In this document: in pieces, positions 21,806 to 34,659 of the stretch
How positions within the stretch are numbered: position 1 is the stretch's first letter
Layout: every line of letters starts with the position of its first letter
Notes under the pieces: generated by a model
What the model was told of the DNA's origin: nothing
Database searches by the model: none
Seen by the model: the letters and a program-made list of their open reading frames with translations, nothing else
Origin: Rhizophagus irregularis
Taxonomy: Eukaryota
Reading direction: 5' to 3'
Length of the DNA stretch: 64,000 nucleotides
Assembly: GCF_026210795.1 (NCBI RefSeq)
Contig: NC_089429.1
Location: 6,820,001 to 6,884,000 of the forward strand
Translations under genes and position numbers: made by a program

Positions 21806-23910
21806 TTTTTTTTTAAAAAAAAAAAAAAAAAATGATCATTACTAAATTTGAACCCATCACTAGTAAATTCATGATTGGCCGTCAGATTTTTTTTTATTGA
21901 TCTTAGCTTTTGACATATAAAAATTTTTTACTACCTCAATTATTAATAAGTTGATTTTTTTAATAATAAAATTATATTTTTAAAAATTGCAGGCAAATTT
22001 AGGCGCAAAACATTCTAAGGGATAATATGAAATGATGGATGTATAAGTTAACCTAGTACACATTTCTTGGCCGACCAATAAAAAATGATAAAAATAAAAA
22101 AAAACTCAAAAAAAGTTTTTGTTTCAATCACTTAAATCAAATGCTATCACAATACACTAATTTTTATTGGAAACATTGCAATTTAAAGAATTTTTATTAA
22201 ACATATTGAAATAAATTATATTATTATTAATAAATAAAAATTATAATTTTACGCATCTAGCTCGCAAGTGTAACATTTTTTAAAATAACTGTTTATTTAT
22301 TTATAAAATATTATAAATAAAACTACTATATAAAAAGAATCCACCGCATCTTGTACCTAATAAGAACAAATTTTAAATTAAATATACCGTAATTTCGGAT
22401 ATAATTTAAGTTGTTTACTATAAAAGATAATTTCGGATTTCGGATTTCAGCGAGACTCGGCTTTACTGCTATCTATAATCATAATCATAATGAAAGATGC
22501 GATTTAAATATGAAAGTAATATAATTAATGCATAATAGCTACACTAAAAATAATAATAATAAAAAAGATATGTTACTAAATGACATCCAATAAATATATC
22601 AAAATTAGGCACCATATTTATGAAACACGGAGAACTGAACTAAGAGAACTATAAAAATTACAAATATATGATCCCTATTCTAAAAATTGTAAGAAATAAT
22701 AATTCGTCCAAGTGTATTGTTGTGTTAATATTTCTAAAAAAAGAGGCCAGCTGCTAATTCTAGAACGCCAACATGCATTGGAATTTCCAATCCAAATATA
22801 ATACTATATATATATATATATTTTAATAGCATAATTATCCATTTAGGTAAAATATTGAAAGTTCTCATGACACCTTTGTATATAGAAACTCATTGTGAGA
22901 TCATACGACAGGTCTCTTTTGTATGTTTCACATGTTTATTCAAAGAAGTTTTGTAATATACTTTTAATAAAAAATTTTTAATTGGTTTCATTATTCCCAT
23001 TCCATTTACAGGTTCATTATCCATAAGAAATGCATATAATATTACTTTATAATATTATTTTATAAATCAGATTGTTCTGTTTACATTCTTTTTGAAAATT
23101 CTTTATTAGCTTTTTACTACGCCCTGTATATCTAAGATCTGCAAACTTTAAAATTGCTATTATGTTCTACTTTTGGTCAATCATTTCATTTTTTTTTTAT
23201 TAGATTTTATTTTAAAATTATTCGATTTATTTGTGAAAAATTATATATTATTTTGTTCTAAAAAAGAATTCTGATTCGAGAATTTAAAATACTGTCGGTA
23301 TACAGTATATAGTGTATCACAAAAACATTCAAAACAATGAAATCACCAAAGGATTCCATGACGCAGTTACCCTACTTTTTATTAATTAAATGATTTTACA
23401 TCATAATGCTATACATAAAAAAGTACAATTTATTAATAATTTTAAAATGTGTTGCATTTTCGGAAATGCCGACGCATATTGACGTATCGGAATTGATCAT
23501 ATTGATGCCGTCTTTTATTCATATGAATTTAAAAAAAAAAATAAAAAGTTAAACCAAATTAAGCATAATATTTAAAAAAGGGGGGTTAAAAATTTTTTTT
23601 AAAAAGAAATTTTGGAGACAAATTATTCATGATCCAAAAACCTTCGAATATTTTATTATAAAAAGTTCTTTGTAAATACGGAATATTAATATATATTATA
23701 TTTAATGTCAATTTGCTATAATTGGCATTCTTTTATCTAAAACATGTTACACACAATTAATTGGTATGAATCGACATATCCGGAATAGTTCACTTCGAAA
23801 ATAGATATATATTTACCTGATTTCAGCATGATGATAAAAAAAATTTCAATACTTCCCCTTCTCACTCCCTTCTCACTCCCTTCTCATTCTCATTTTTAAA
23901 AATTAAAAAT

Positions 23911-25470
23911 ATGTCATGTTCAAAAATACTTTCAGGAGATTTACCTGAATTAACCTATGAAATTATAAAATATTTTCGAAATGATTACTCAACTTTATAT
24001 TCATGTATTTTAGTTAATAGATCATGGTGTCGTTTAGCGATTCCATTATTATGGGAAAACCCATTTTCAATTCATATCAAAAATTATAATTTTATTAAAA
24101 TTTACATTCATAATTTAAATGATGATTTTAAGATAAAATTAAATGAATGTAAAATTATTAATAATAATTCATTACATTCGAATACACTGTTCAATTATCC
24201 TAGTTTTTTAAAATATTTGAATATAAACAATTTTGTTCACTCTGTTGACAAATGTTATGGAAATCAATTATATTCAGAATCTATAAAATTTAAAAAATTG
24301 ATTTGTATGTCACTGTTCGGGAAATTTATTGAAAATGAAGTAAATTTACATACTCTTGAAATTGATTATTACACAACAGCTATTGTTAATGATATTATTA
24401 ATGATATTGTTAATGATATTGTTGAATTTATTTTAAAAAATCCAAACTTCATTCTCAATATTAGAAATTTAAAACTTTATATTACCATTGATTACACGAA
24501 AAAATATTTTTCAATTATTGAAGATCGTGTATTACAAATAGTTAATTTGCATCAAAATCTTAAAAAAATTTTAGTATATAATAATTCATCTTTATTACAA
24601 TCATTATTATATTATAATTGTTCAAATACCTTAAATACAATTATATTCTCTGAAATCGATTTTAATTTTTTAAACTATGACATATTTGAACAATTAAATG
24701 TTTTAGAATCTATTCATATCATTTATTGTTTTTTGAATAATAATTTTTTTTATCAAATTATTAATTTATCTAAACAATTTAAATTAAAATCTTTGTTTAT
24801 GAAAGAGATACCACAAATTGATTCAATAGAATTATTATTACAAAGATCTGGTCATTATTTAAGAAATTTCGGGTATGAATTTGGATTTGGCTATGATAAT
24901 ATGTCATTAAGAGATCAATTATTTGAATTAATTACAAAATATTGTAAAAATATTAAATATCTTTATTTATGCCATGATGATGACGAGAATATTTATCCAG
25001 TAATCAATTTTATTGAAAATATGAAACATCTTGATTATCTTACTATCAAATTATTAAGTTTAGCTAGTTTAGCTATTCATTTTAATAGTGAATTTGATCA
25101 TTTGAATGTTAAAATTTTATTACAAAATTTAGGACAATTTCTTCCCCCTAAATTAGAATATTTATGTTTAAATATTAGTCATGTTAAAGTAAATGATTTC
25201 GAAGTATTTCTAAAAAATTCTCAAGATACTTTTATTAATAAATTATTAATTCGCAATTATGACGGCCAAGATATCTTACCCTGTATAAAAGAATTTGTCA
25301 TGAAAAAGAAAAGGGTTAAGTATCTATCTATTCAAGATTTTTTCTCGTTTGATGGGCATATTGAATACTTACAAGATAAAGTGAAGGAATTTAGGTCGTA
25401 TAATATTAAAGTACAAAGTTACAATAGTTTAGTGATTGACATATATGATTATATGAGGGAAATTGATTAA
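23911..25470 (+). CDS. F-box-like / LRR (RNI-like) protein, 519 aa, of the family expanded in Glomeromycotina
   Basis: Intact single-exon ORF with N-terminal F-box-like motif LPELTYEIIKYF..DYSTLYSCILVNRSWCRLAIPLLWENPF, LFNYPSFLKYL, LxxLxL repeats and C-terminal LPPKLEYL / KKKRVKYL motifs. Confidence 0.88.
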   Translation: MSCSKILSGDLPELTYEIIKYFRNDYSTLYSCILVNRSWCRLAIPLLWENPFSIHIKNYNFIKIYIHNLNDDFKIKLNECKIINNNSLHSNTLFNYPSFLKYLNINNFVHSVDKCYGNQLYSESIKFKKLICMSLFGKFIENEVNLHTLEIDYYTTAIVNDIINDIVNDIVEFILKNPNFILNIRNLKLYITIDYTKKYFSIIEDRVLQIVNLHQNLKKILVYNNSSLLQSLLYYNCSNTLNTIIFSEIDFNFLNYDIFEQLNVLESIHIIYCFLNNNFFYQIINLSKQFKLKSLFMKEIPQIDSIELLLQRSGHYLRNFGYEFGFGYDNMSLRDQLFELITKYCKNIKYLYLCHDDDENIYPVINFIENMKHLDYLTIKLLSLASLAIHFNSEFDHLNVKILLQNLGQFLPPKLEYLCLNISHVKVNDFEVFLKNSQDTFINKLLIRNYDGQDILPCIKEFVMKKKRVKYLSIQDFFSFDGHIEYLQDKVKEFRSYNIKVQSYNSLVIDIYDYMREID

Positions 25471-26115
25471 TTATTATTTAGTAACAAGTAAATAAGATAC
25501 AAGTTACAAATAATGTGCAAAGAAAAATTCTGCTATCAAATATTGTCTTGCACAAAATATTTTTTTTAAATTAATAGATAGCAATTTATAGTATAGCGAT
25601 GGTATTTGAAATATTCTATTATTATGTGTGATAAATTTTTGTTTATGTAATGATTTTATATAATAAACGTTGAGTAAAATAGAAAAAAATCATTTTAAAG
25701 ACCATGAAAATTCAAGCTAATTGGTTTGTATTGCTTATGGTGTATATCTCTTCCTCAAATAATAAATTTTGTTGAAAACATTGTTTTAGAAAAATTGATA
25801 TAATTAAAATCCAGAAATAATATGCGTAATAAACGTGATCGTGAATAAATTTGTGTCCCCAAAAAAAGGCAAATTGGTTAGAGATTTTGTTATTTACATC
25901 TTTTTTTTTTTATTATTATTAAAAAAATTTTCTCTCTTTTTCACAAATAAAAATGCAAAATTTTCAACCATAAAATTAATTTCTTATATTTATTATTTGT
26001 ATTAAAAAACATGCATGAGTAATTGGAAAACTCAAATAACAAAATTGTTATTATTTTAAAGGAATATTTTATTCAAAGAAATATAGAATATATAGTATCC
26101 AGTTAACAATTCATT

Positions 26116-26560
26116 CGTAGCAGACATCGATCATTATCACACAATATAAATGCCGTTATTAAAAAATTCTACATAATAATATACGCTCAAATTTTACAAA
26201 CAACTTACTAGTACTGTAGCAACTTTTTAAATTTTAATAAAAGCTGATATTAATTTCACGAAATTATTCACTAAATATGTTACTAATAAAAACCTGTATT
26301 ATGAATTGGATCACTGTATTATTTTTACCACATATTATATATTTAATATAAAGAACATTTGTGCAAAGTTTTAAGTTTCGCCCATGCATATTTATCTTCG
26401 TCCATCAATTTTTGTCTGATGATTGAATGAATTATCACACACAAAGTTAGTATTAAATCACATAATTAAAATTATATGATAGTGTTTAGCTTGGATTTCC
26501 ATTATATTTTTGCTACATATTATTTGTGGGAATTAAATGATCGGTAAATGATCGGCAAGG
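26116..26560. mobile_element. Degenerate relic related to the 5539-12177 element
   Basis: CGTAGCAGACAT resembles the TIR. AAAATTCTACATAATAATATA..CTCAAATTTTACA matches ~11458, AAGTTTCGCCC matches ~11882 and AAATGATCGGCAAGG matches ~12139. Confidence 0.6.
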
Positions 26561-26887
26561 GGATCATAGTACACTTTAGAATTAATTGATTGATCTTTTC
26601 ATCTCATTTATGCTAAGGTGGCTTTGTGATATGGCTTTGAAATACAGTAGATTTTACAAAAGATTGGTAGAACTAGATCAAAATTACAAAAATATATTAA
26701 TATTTTATGAGGAAAATTCATTAAGATGAAGCCACCAGTCTAAGCCAGAAGGCTTTAATGATTCAAGTAATTGAACTTATTAAAAAAATACTATTATTAT
26801 TTATGAATGAATTTATGTTTTAATATTATCAAATGTTTGGTTAATTATTATTATTTTAAAGAGAATAATTTTATTAATTTGACAGTA

Positions 26888-27360
26888 ATAATCGGCGCTT
26901 AAGTGCTACTGCAGCAGTAAGCGCGTCTCCTAATCTGTGAGTTCCCAATCCGAAAGGACAAAAAAAAAATTATTTTTAAAAATAGAATGATAGATCGGCG
27001 CTCACCGTAGTACCGCAGTAATAGGAGCGCCATCTGATCCACGAGTTTCCGATCCTAAGGATGAAAAGAAAAAATTTTTTTTTTCAAAACATCATTAGTA
27101 ATTAGTTATATTATCTTTTGTTTTATTTTTCAAGATACATTCGCTACTGTTGGACAACAACATTTTAGAATTGTTGCTAACATAGCATTCTCTATTTCGA
27201 AATAAATAAAAAAATTGAAAATTAGTACTTACCGTGGTACTACAACGGTAAGCACGTGAGTTCCCGATAAAAAAACCAGAAAAAAATTTTTTGAACGGAA
27301 AATCGGCACTCACCGTAGTATATACCACATTAGTAAGCGCGTGAGTTTCCGATCCTGAAG
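26888..27360. repeat. Degenerate GC-richer repeat, about 4 units
   Basis: ATCGGC(G/A)CT..CCGTAGTA...GTAAGCGCG...GAGTT(T/C)CCGAT recurs at ~26891, 26995, 27223 and 27302. Confidence 0.6.
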
Positions 27361-27986
27361 CAAATTAGCGTTTACATTTCACCAAAGTTTTTGTCGAATC
27401 TGATCCAAGGTTTCTTTAAAAAAAAAAAAATTTTTTTGTCATATTTCTGATCCCAAAAGATAAACATATCATATATAAAAAATAAAATCCAGTGCTTATC
27501 ATAATATCATATCACCAAGAAAAATTAAATATAATTTCTTTTAACACCAAATCTGTCATGAATTAATAATATCCTAAAATTCCAGAAGGGGATGAGTGGC
27601 CGTGAGCGAAACGTTAGATAATGAGCTGGCTGGCTGGCAGAACGAACGTAACGTTAACGTTAACATTAATTTTATCAATTCAAAAATTTTGTTGATACAG
27701 AAATTTGGACAATTATTATGTAGTCATATTAGACCAGGCAATTTTTAAAATTATTATTATATTACTATTCATTTAATAAATATATCGTTCTAGTATATGA
27801 TATTCCCAAATTTTTTTTTTTTGAATTTTAAGATTTTGAGAAATATGGATTATCATAATATACTGTACATAATATAGTAAAACCCTATATCCATTATTTC
27901 TGTAAAAATGAGCCTTTCCTGGAGCCATTCACGGAAAATGTAAATAAATTCTGTGATATAAGATTGTTAGCTCTGGAAATAGGCAT

Positions 27987-28166
27987 CGGGGCTTTTTCGC
28001 CGAAATTTATTTTTCCGAACCCATTTCGCCGAAGCTACGGAACGTTTCGCCTAAGGGATATTTCGCCGAAATACCATTTCACAGAATTCCAATTTATCGA
28101 ATGGACATTTCGCCGAAATACCATTTCACAGAATTCCAATTTATCGAATGGACATTTCGCCGAAAA
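27987..28166. repeat. TTTCGCCGAA subterminal-type repeat array (probable transposon end)
   Basis: Starts CGGGGCTTTTTCGCCGAA, followed by multiple 15-bp-periodic TTT(C/A)xxxGAA units and an exact 45-bp duplication. No partner end found. Confidence 0.6.
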
Positions 28167-29302
28167 ATTATTTATTTCCATTTAGTTACTTTATTGTTTT
28201 TTATACTAAATACATAAAGAAATCTTTTCATTGCGCAATGAATATTTTATAAAAATGTTAATCGCTACCAAGATCGACTAGATCTATAATTTTCTGATAG
28301 CTTTATTCTTCTCATTGTCATTATTCCACTAACTGAATCATATGCCTTTGTATCTTCTAAAATAGTTTGAACTATTTTAATCAGTTTGAAACAACTCTTT
28401 CCTGCCAAAGCACATTATGATTGATTACATTGATAAATAATTTTGTGTGTATTCACTTATTTTTGTTCTTAAAAAGAATATATAATATAGCATTTAATAT
28501 ACGAAAAAATTTCGTTCTAAAATGGAAGTATTATCCTGATTATTACTATTTACTTTTCGATTGTAGGTTCAGAAATAATCTATATAAAAAGTCCATTAGC
28601 TATACATCTTGGAACAACTTGTCATGTCTTTATAACGTTTATTCATGATCACTTCTATCCGTAGTATTTACACAGAAAGTATTCCTTGTCACCTCTATTA
28701 TGGAGCTCTACTCTATTATTAGCATGCTTAAATTCTGTTCAGTTAATTAAACTATAAAGTTGTGTAATTCTCTATTTCTATAGATTATTATATAACTAAT
28801 AAAAAAAAATGTATTATATTATATACAGTTGGGTACCTAAAAATCATTGTTCCAGTTGATCTTTATAATTTCGTGTCCAAGTACGAATCGATATTTCAGT
28901 AATCCTAACTTCCGATTTATTTATATTTGTTTTTGTTTATGCCCACCTGTTCAATATCACTCCGAAAACCACAAGGGTATATGGAAATCGGATTTTACCA
29001 TTAATCATTAGTCTCAGGTTATTGACGATATCTCGCTGGTGCACCATCAACTAATTAAAATAAAATTTGTGTAAAGTATCATATAAAAGTCTATTATTAG
29101 AGATTTTTTTGAAATGCCAGTTATGAATTAAATACTGGGTGTTTTAGATTAATTCATTAACTTGATATTAATTTATGTTAGATTAGGAATATGCGGGATT
29201 TTACTGACCGATATTTTTATTAGACATCCAATATTGAAATCAGTATTAGTGCATCAATTCCTATTGGTCACCGCAGTATTCCTAATGACCGAACTATAAC
29301 TC

Positions 29303-29361
29303 AGTTATTGGATGGGGATATCGGTCTTCGACCGATATCTCTATTTCCCCATCCAATAACT
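29303..29361. other. 59-bp strong hairpin
   Basis: AGTTATTGGATGGGG pairs perfectly with CCCCATCCAATAACT. The inner stem is ATATCGGTC-TTC-GACCGATAT, with an 8-nt bulge. Confidence 0.8.
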
Positions 29362-29789
29362 ATTTATTATAAATTACATATGGTTTCTCAGAAAGTAATT
29401 TATCCGCGCACACCTTAAAATAGAAGCCATTAAATTTCTGAAACTTAAAAATTCGATTTCATGCATTTATATTGTTAGTCTTTGTGCAATACTAAAAGAT
29501 TAAAGAAATACACAAGAATAAAAAACAACATACATCTCACTTTTTTAAAAATACTAAAGAAAAAAATTTTTTTTTTATTGAGAAATATCTAAAAAAAAAA
29601 GCTGGAAAAGCTTGAATTATTTGTTTTTTTTTAAAGGGTGTTCTCGCAGAATTTGAAATGAAAACAATAAGAATCTATGGTTTTTTTTTTTAATTACTAA
29701 CGCGTTTATTAATTATTAATTAGTAAAAACACCTAGAAGACATTTAAATTATTTTAAATTATCCTCTATAACTAATCGATCTATACTAA

Positions 29790-30340
29790 TTTTAACTATA
29801 AACTAAATTCTAATTAAAAAGTTTAGCCTTTGTACCCATTTTTTTGTAATAGCTTTACCACTTTCTGTTACTTCCTGATCCAACGTTACTAAACTTATTC
29901 TTTTTTCTATCTTTTTTTCATTTTGTTTATTATTTACTGTTTTTTCCAATTTTTTCTTTTTCTTTTCTCCACCTTTATCGTCTATTCCTCTTTTCGTTTC
30001 TCCTTATCTCCTTTCTTCAATCCTTTAATCTTTTCTATTTCTGCTATTTCCTCACATCTTTAGATCCAAATTTGTTCTTTAATTTTCCCATAGCGGAAAC
30101 TCCATAAACTCTCAATCAAACATTGGTAGTCTTTCTTCTTTGATATATCGTTATATTTATTATTATATACTCCCTCAACAATTCCCATACTCGATTACAT
30201 CTCCCTAAAATCTCTGATGGCCCTTTCAAAATTTCCATAAATCTAATATTAATATCTTGAGTTCTTCTTTTTTCCCTCCTGATATTAATATATCTTCGTA
30301 TTCTCGTAACGATTCATCGAATAAGAATCTATAGTTATGG
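29790..30340 (-). mobile_element. 3' fragment of a non-LTR (LINE) ORF2
   Basis: Minus strand reads YGKIKEQIWI*RCEEIAEIEKIKGLKKGDK, matching the IW..RC....E.EK C-terminal motif of fungal LINE ORF2. The same motif occurs at ~47315. Confidence 0.6.
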
Positions 30341-32107
30341 ACGTGTGAATTTAATAGAAATTAGTATAAGTTATAATGATCGGTAAAAAAATCTCTAACT
30401 TTTATATGACGGTTGAGTTGATGTACACCCGATATCTCGTGAATTGTAATATAAAAATACTTTCACCTAAAAATTTTAGTATATAAAATCAATCAAAATT
30501 ATCATATTTTTATATTAAATGAAAAATTGTGAAACTTACCGGTTAACCAACAAAGTCATGATGATAGATCCTTGTCAATGTGATGATATGCTGCTTCCGC
30601 ACCAGCTAATGATTCTTACATTTAATGTACGTATAGAAAATCTCCCTTTGACCATGTTTAAACATCAAGGACATTTGGTTCAGATCTTTCATTATCGACT
30701 CGATTAAACAATATCAACTCTTTGTTGATAAGTTATCGTGATCTTTCAAAATTATGATTCATGAGGTTCCAGATTCGTAATTTCTTCAATCTCCTCGATC
30801 AATCGCTTTGAGACATGTTAATCAATTCAAGTTTATAAAATTCGTCGAATTTTATGCAATGACAGAAAAAATAACCCAAGAAATCGATAATCGACCTTCT
30901 TTATATGACTTCCAACACAAGATGTCTTCTGTTGAAGTATATTTTTATATATTCATAACTAGGTATAAGTGCATTCAATAGTTTCCCGAAGACTAACAAT
31001 GCCAAAGCTTTTGCATAATTACCTTCAAAGCGCAATATTAGACTTTTTATTTACCGCCGGCATTATTTACATTATCCAGTTTGGTATGACCTTACTTGTC
31101 TTAATTCCGTCAGTTTTCTCTAGTTCCTTGCTTTGTTGGTATTTGATATCATCCAATATTCTTTAACTACATTGCTTTAAGTGAATTAATTATATTTAGA
31201 TCACATTCTGAAGGTGTTGATATTGTTGATATTAGATCAACTTTTAGAGAACCAAAGCTCGCGTATTCAATCAAACATTAAATATAAAGTTATTACACGA
31301 GGTTCTTAGAGACATCCCCTAGAGGTGCAGATGTTATTAACTAAGTTAATATGCTAAATCTTCCTGGAATTGGAACGAGGGCAATTGATTAACTACTTCA
31401 TAAATAATTGATAATTGGCTCAAATATATCAGTGCATATTCTTTGAGAATTTCAATCTTTCCCGCTTCAGAAGACTTTGACATCTTTTACACATTCAGCC
31501 AAATCATATACATGTTTCTTAAAGAGTGCTATACAAATTCATTTGACATAATTTTTAAAATTCAGCTTGAAACTGATCATTGTATATTTCTCTACTGAAT
31601 AAAGTGAGAGCTTGGAACGTTCTATTACTGTAATATTTTAATATTTGACGGTATTTGTTGCTGGCAACACCACCATTTTTACATTACTATTTACAATTAT
31701 AACTAAATGATGTTAAACGATGGCCAAATTAAGTTCTGGTGCATATTCATTTCTTCTGTAAATTTCACCCATTGTCATTATTATATACAGATTTCACTTC
31801 AATTTCAACTTTTGTTGGTGTCCATAGAAGGATCAAAAATGTTGTCGCCAGCAGCATTACAAGATTTTGTCTAGTATTTTATATAATCCTAGAACATAAG
31901 TAAAATTAAGTTTCATATCTCAATGAAATACGTTCAATTTGCGTATTACTATTTGGTATATTTGGTTTTTTGTTGAATAAAAATTCCGTATGATGAAGAA
32001 ATAGCTAAAGACATTATCATTAAAATTTTCGTTGTTAGAGGATGTTTCACTAAAGGTGACTTGAGTAAAGAGCTTTACTTGGGGAAGTCTTACTGGGGCT
32101 TCGCCAC

Positions 32108-32960
32108 TTAAAGTTTTTTAACAGCCGGTTAGATTTCAGAGAATAATCAGATCCCGGCACGCGTTTCGGAAGTTTTAGCCGTTGGTTTACGCGTTTTTGT
32201 AGCCCTTAAAATATAATTTTTTTCATCTAAGGAAGAACGAGATTCTTACCAACACACTTTTTGTTGATCTAGTTTTTGTTCTTCGTATGAATCAGAATCT
32301 AATATCACTACGTTTGAGGCGTGGCGTCTTTAAGGATCGTTGGTTAGCTTGCTTACGCGTTTTTGTAACTTTTACCAGATTCAGATGGATCGAATATAAT
32401 TTGAATCTGACATATTTGTAATTTATAAGTTTGATAATTGTCGTACATGGTTTGAAATTTTTTTTTTTTTTTGAAAGAAAAATACTGGGTAGGAACTAAT
32501 GTGTAAAAAATCACTATTTGATAAAATTATAATTAGTAAATAAATAATGTAAAACGAATAAAAAAATTAACCATTATGATTGAAACAAATTCAACAACAC
32601 ATGTTAAATTAAAATGCATTAATATAATGGACTCACATCTTCTTCATTATTTGATTTCATCATGCCCTCGTCAAATCAATCACAATGTATTTGTGATAAC
32701 GTATGTTTACTTACATCAAAAAATTCTGCTATATTTCTTTCTGGTTTTAGGAGAATCCCAATTAGGTACCTAATTAAAAAAAAATTAATAGAAAAAAAAA
32801 GATAAAATAAAATTAAATATTATTTAATCACTTACTTTCGTAAAGGGAAAAAGGAACATTTGATTCAAAAAAATTTATACATGGAGAAATCATTCAAACT
32901 AAGAAAAAATCATTAATAAGATAAATGTTAATATAGAAATCTCATCCTACAAAATTCATA
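32108..32960. repeat. Segment duplicated at 35811-36683 (TOP2 5' exon plus upstream region)
   Basis: TTAAAGTTTT..AACAG.CGGTTAG...GTACATGGTTTGAAATTT...GAAATCTCATCCTACAAAAT is colinear in both places. Confidence 0.9.
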
Positions 32961-34659
32961 CTTTGAGATTTCCAGAAAAATTATTTTGGTAACATTGTTC
33001 TGTATCTTTCTTCCTTGTCTAATCATAACCAACATTTAAGTACTAAAAAAGACTCAATTTATAATGTTCTGAAATACAAGAACCAGTACTTGAGTTTTTC
33101 TTTTAAAAAAGTAAAACCTAACATAGTTGAATCCTCTGAATTCTTTGAATTCTATGGCAGAATATAATACTTTTGCGAAGTAAAATAAAATTAACGTGTT
33201 TTCTCTTGTGAATAAAATTTTTTCAAGTTCCATAGATTGATCAACGTGATCTACCAGTAATCAGGAATATCCGCGTCGGTAGTAGGATGATATTCTTGAT
33301 TTTTATATATAGCATAGATAATTAGTTATAGAGATACATTGTCTTTAGGACGTGCGCTTCTAGGTATTTCTCGTTATGCTATTAGGTTTATACATGTATA
33401 TAAATAAAGAAATGCGCTACTAAATTTTATTAGTTGTAACATATTTTATCATTTATATCTTAAAAAGTTTTCACGCGATATATTATTTACAAAATTATCA
33501 TCATAAGTTTGGTTTCATCACACATTTATTTTAAAAAGAATTAATTAGACTTCAAAGTAGATCTCTCTCTTCTCCCTCTTTCTTTCCCTTTCTCCTTCCC
33601 TCTCTCTTTTTGCCTAATTTTATAATAATATAATTATTGACCTATTGATAAATCTATTAAATTAATTAATATGATTCAATCATCTTTAACAATTTATCCT
33701 TCCAATTTCTTCCTTTTCTACTTTTTCTATCCATTTTCCATCTGATCCTTTCCCGTCAATACATTTAATTTAAATTTCTTCGTTTTTTTTAACTAGCAAT
33801 TTTACAATTATGATAAGCCAAATATAATTGGCAATAATAGCTGCGTTATTAAATCATGAAAAGAAACCTTGATGTAATACTGATAATCCGCTATACCTAG
33901 TCTCCGGAGTTACCTTTGCGTAAATAATTATCAACCCAATTTTGCTTATCAAAATTTCTAAATGTAAAATCATAAGGTAAAGATAACAGACTTTCTACTT
34001 GTATTGATGAATAGACATTTTCCTGTAGATTCACATGCACAAGTATTTTATATATTGCTCCTGTGATTTTAATGTACGTTCGAGCGTCTCACATCTCTTC
34101 CGAAATTTTTATAGACCCAGCTTTTAACAACCAAATTGAGCGGAATTATAATCTCCAAAGAACTATTATCGACCAAAGGGATACTACAAAACTCTTGAAA
34201 AACTTTGGGCTAAAGGCACGGGCAGAATTTGACACCAAACACACTTTGATCTGTAACTTCATTAACTTCGTTTCTTTCCACATCACATGATCAAGAAATA
34301 GAGAACATCCTATTATACACTACCAAATAGCCCATATACTTTTCCGTCTCTTTTGACGAGGTAAAAAAAAATACATCAAATAATCGTTATGCGCCAAACA
34401 CTCTTGATATCAACTTCTTCAATAAAGAACTCTCCAACTGCTCCAGTTAACGAGTCTACTCTTCTCGAACATGAAGTTGCCCAACTTCACTTTTACAACA
34501 AACTATTGCTCCCGCTCCTACAGTACTACCACAGCTACTCCTGATATTTCTCTTACTGCGTCTATTCATGCACCTGCACAAGGTGAACTTAATATTCCTT
34601 TACAATAACCATGCAAGCATAATAGTATGAATTCTTTATCAACTATATCTTGCAATATC

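Larger units (their letters stand above)
28830..32450 (-). pseudogene. TOP2: DNA topoisomerase II relic (heavily deleted, intron-containing)
   Basis: Colinear motifs: QIYQ..TQIERISLR, FTYVLGLYKILDKIL.NAA.DN.FDPSMDT (31800-31916), YAPEL.FGH.LTS, ALFKKHVYDLAECVKDVKVF, KTDGIKT..IP, EGNYAKAL..GKLLN, GSHIK, DNERS.PNVLD.LKHGQREIFY, AAYHH..DFVG (30540), RDIVNNLRLMING, GFRSDIE and ITEISIRTWTRNYKDQLE (28830-29050). Confidence 0.85.
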
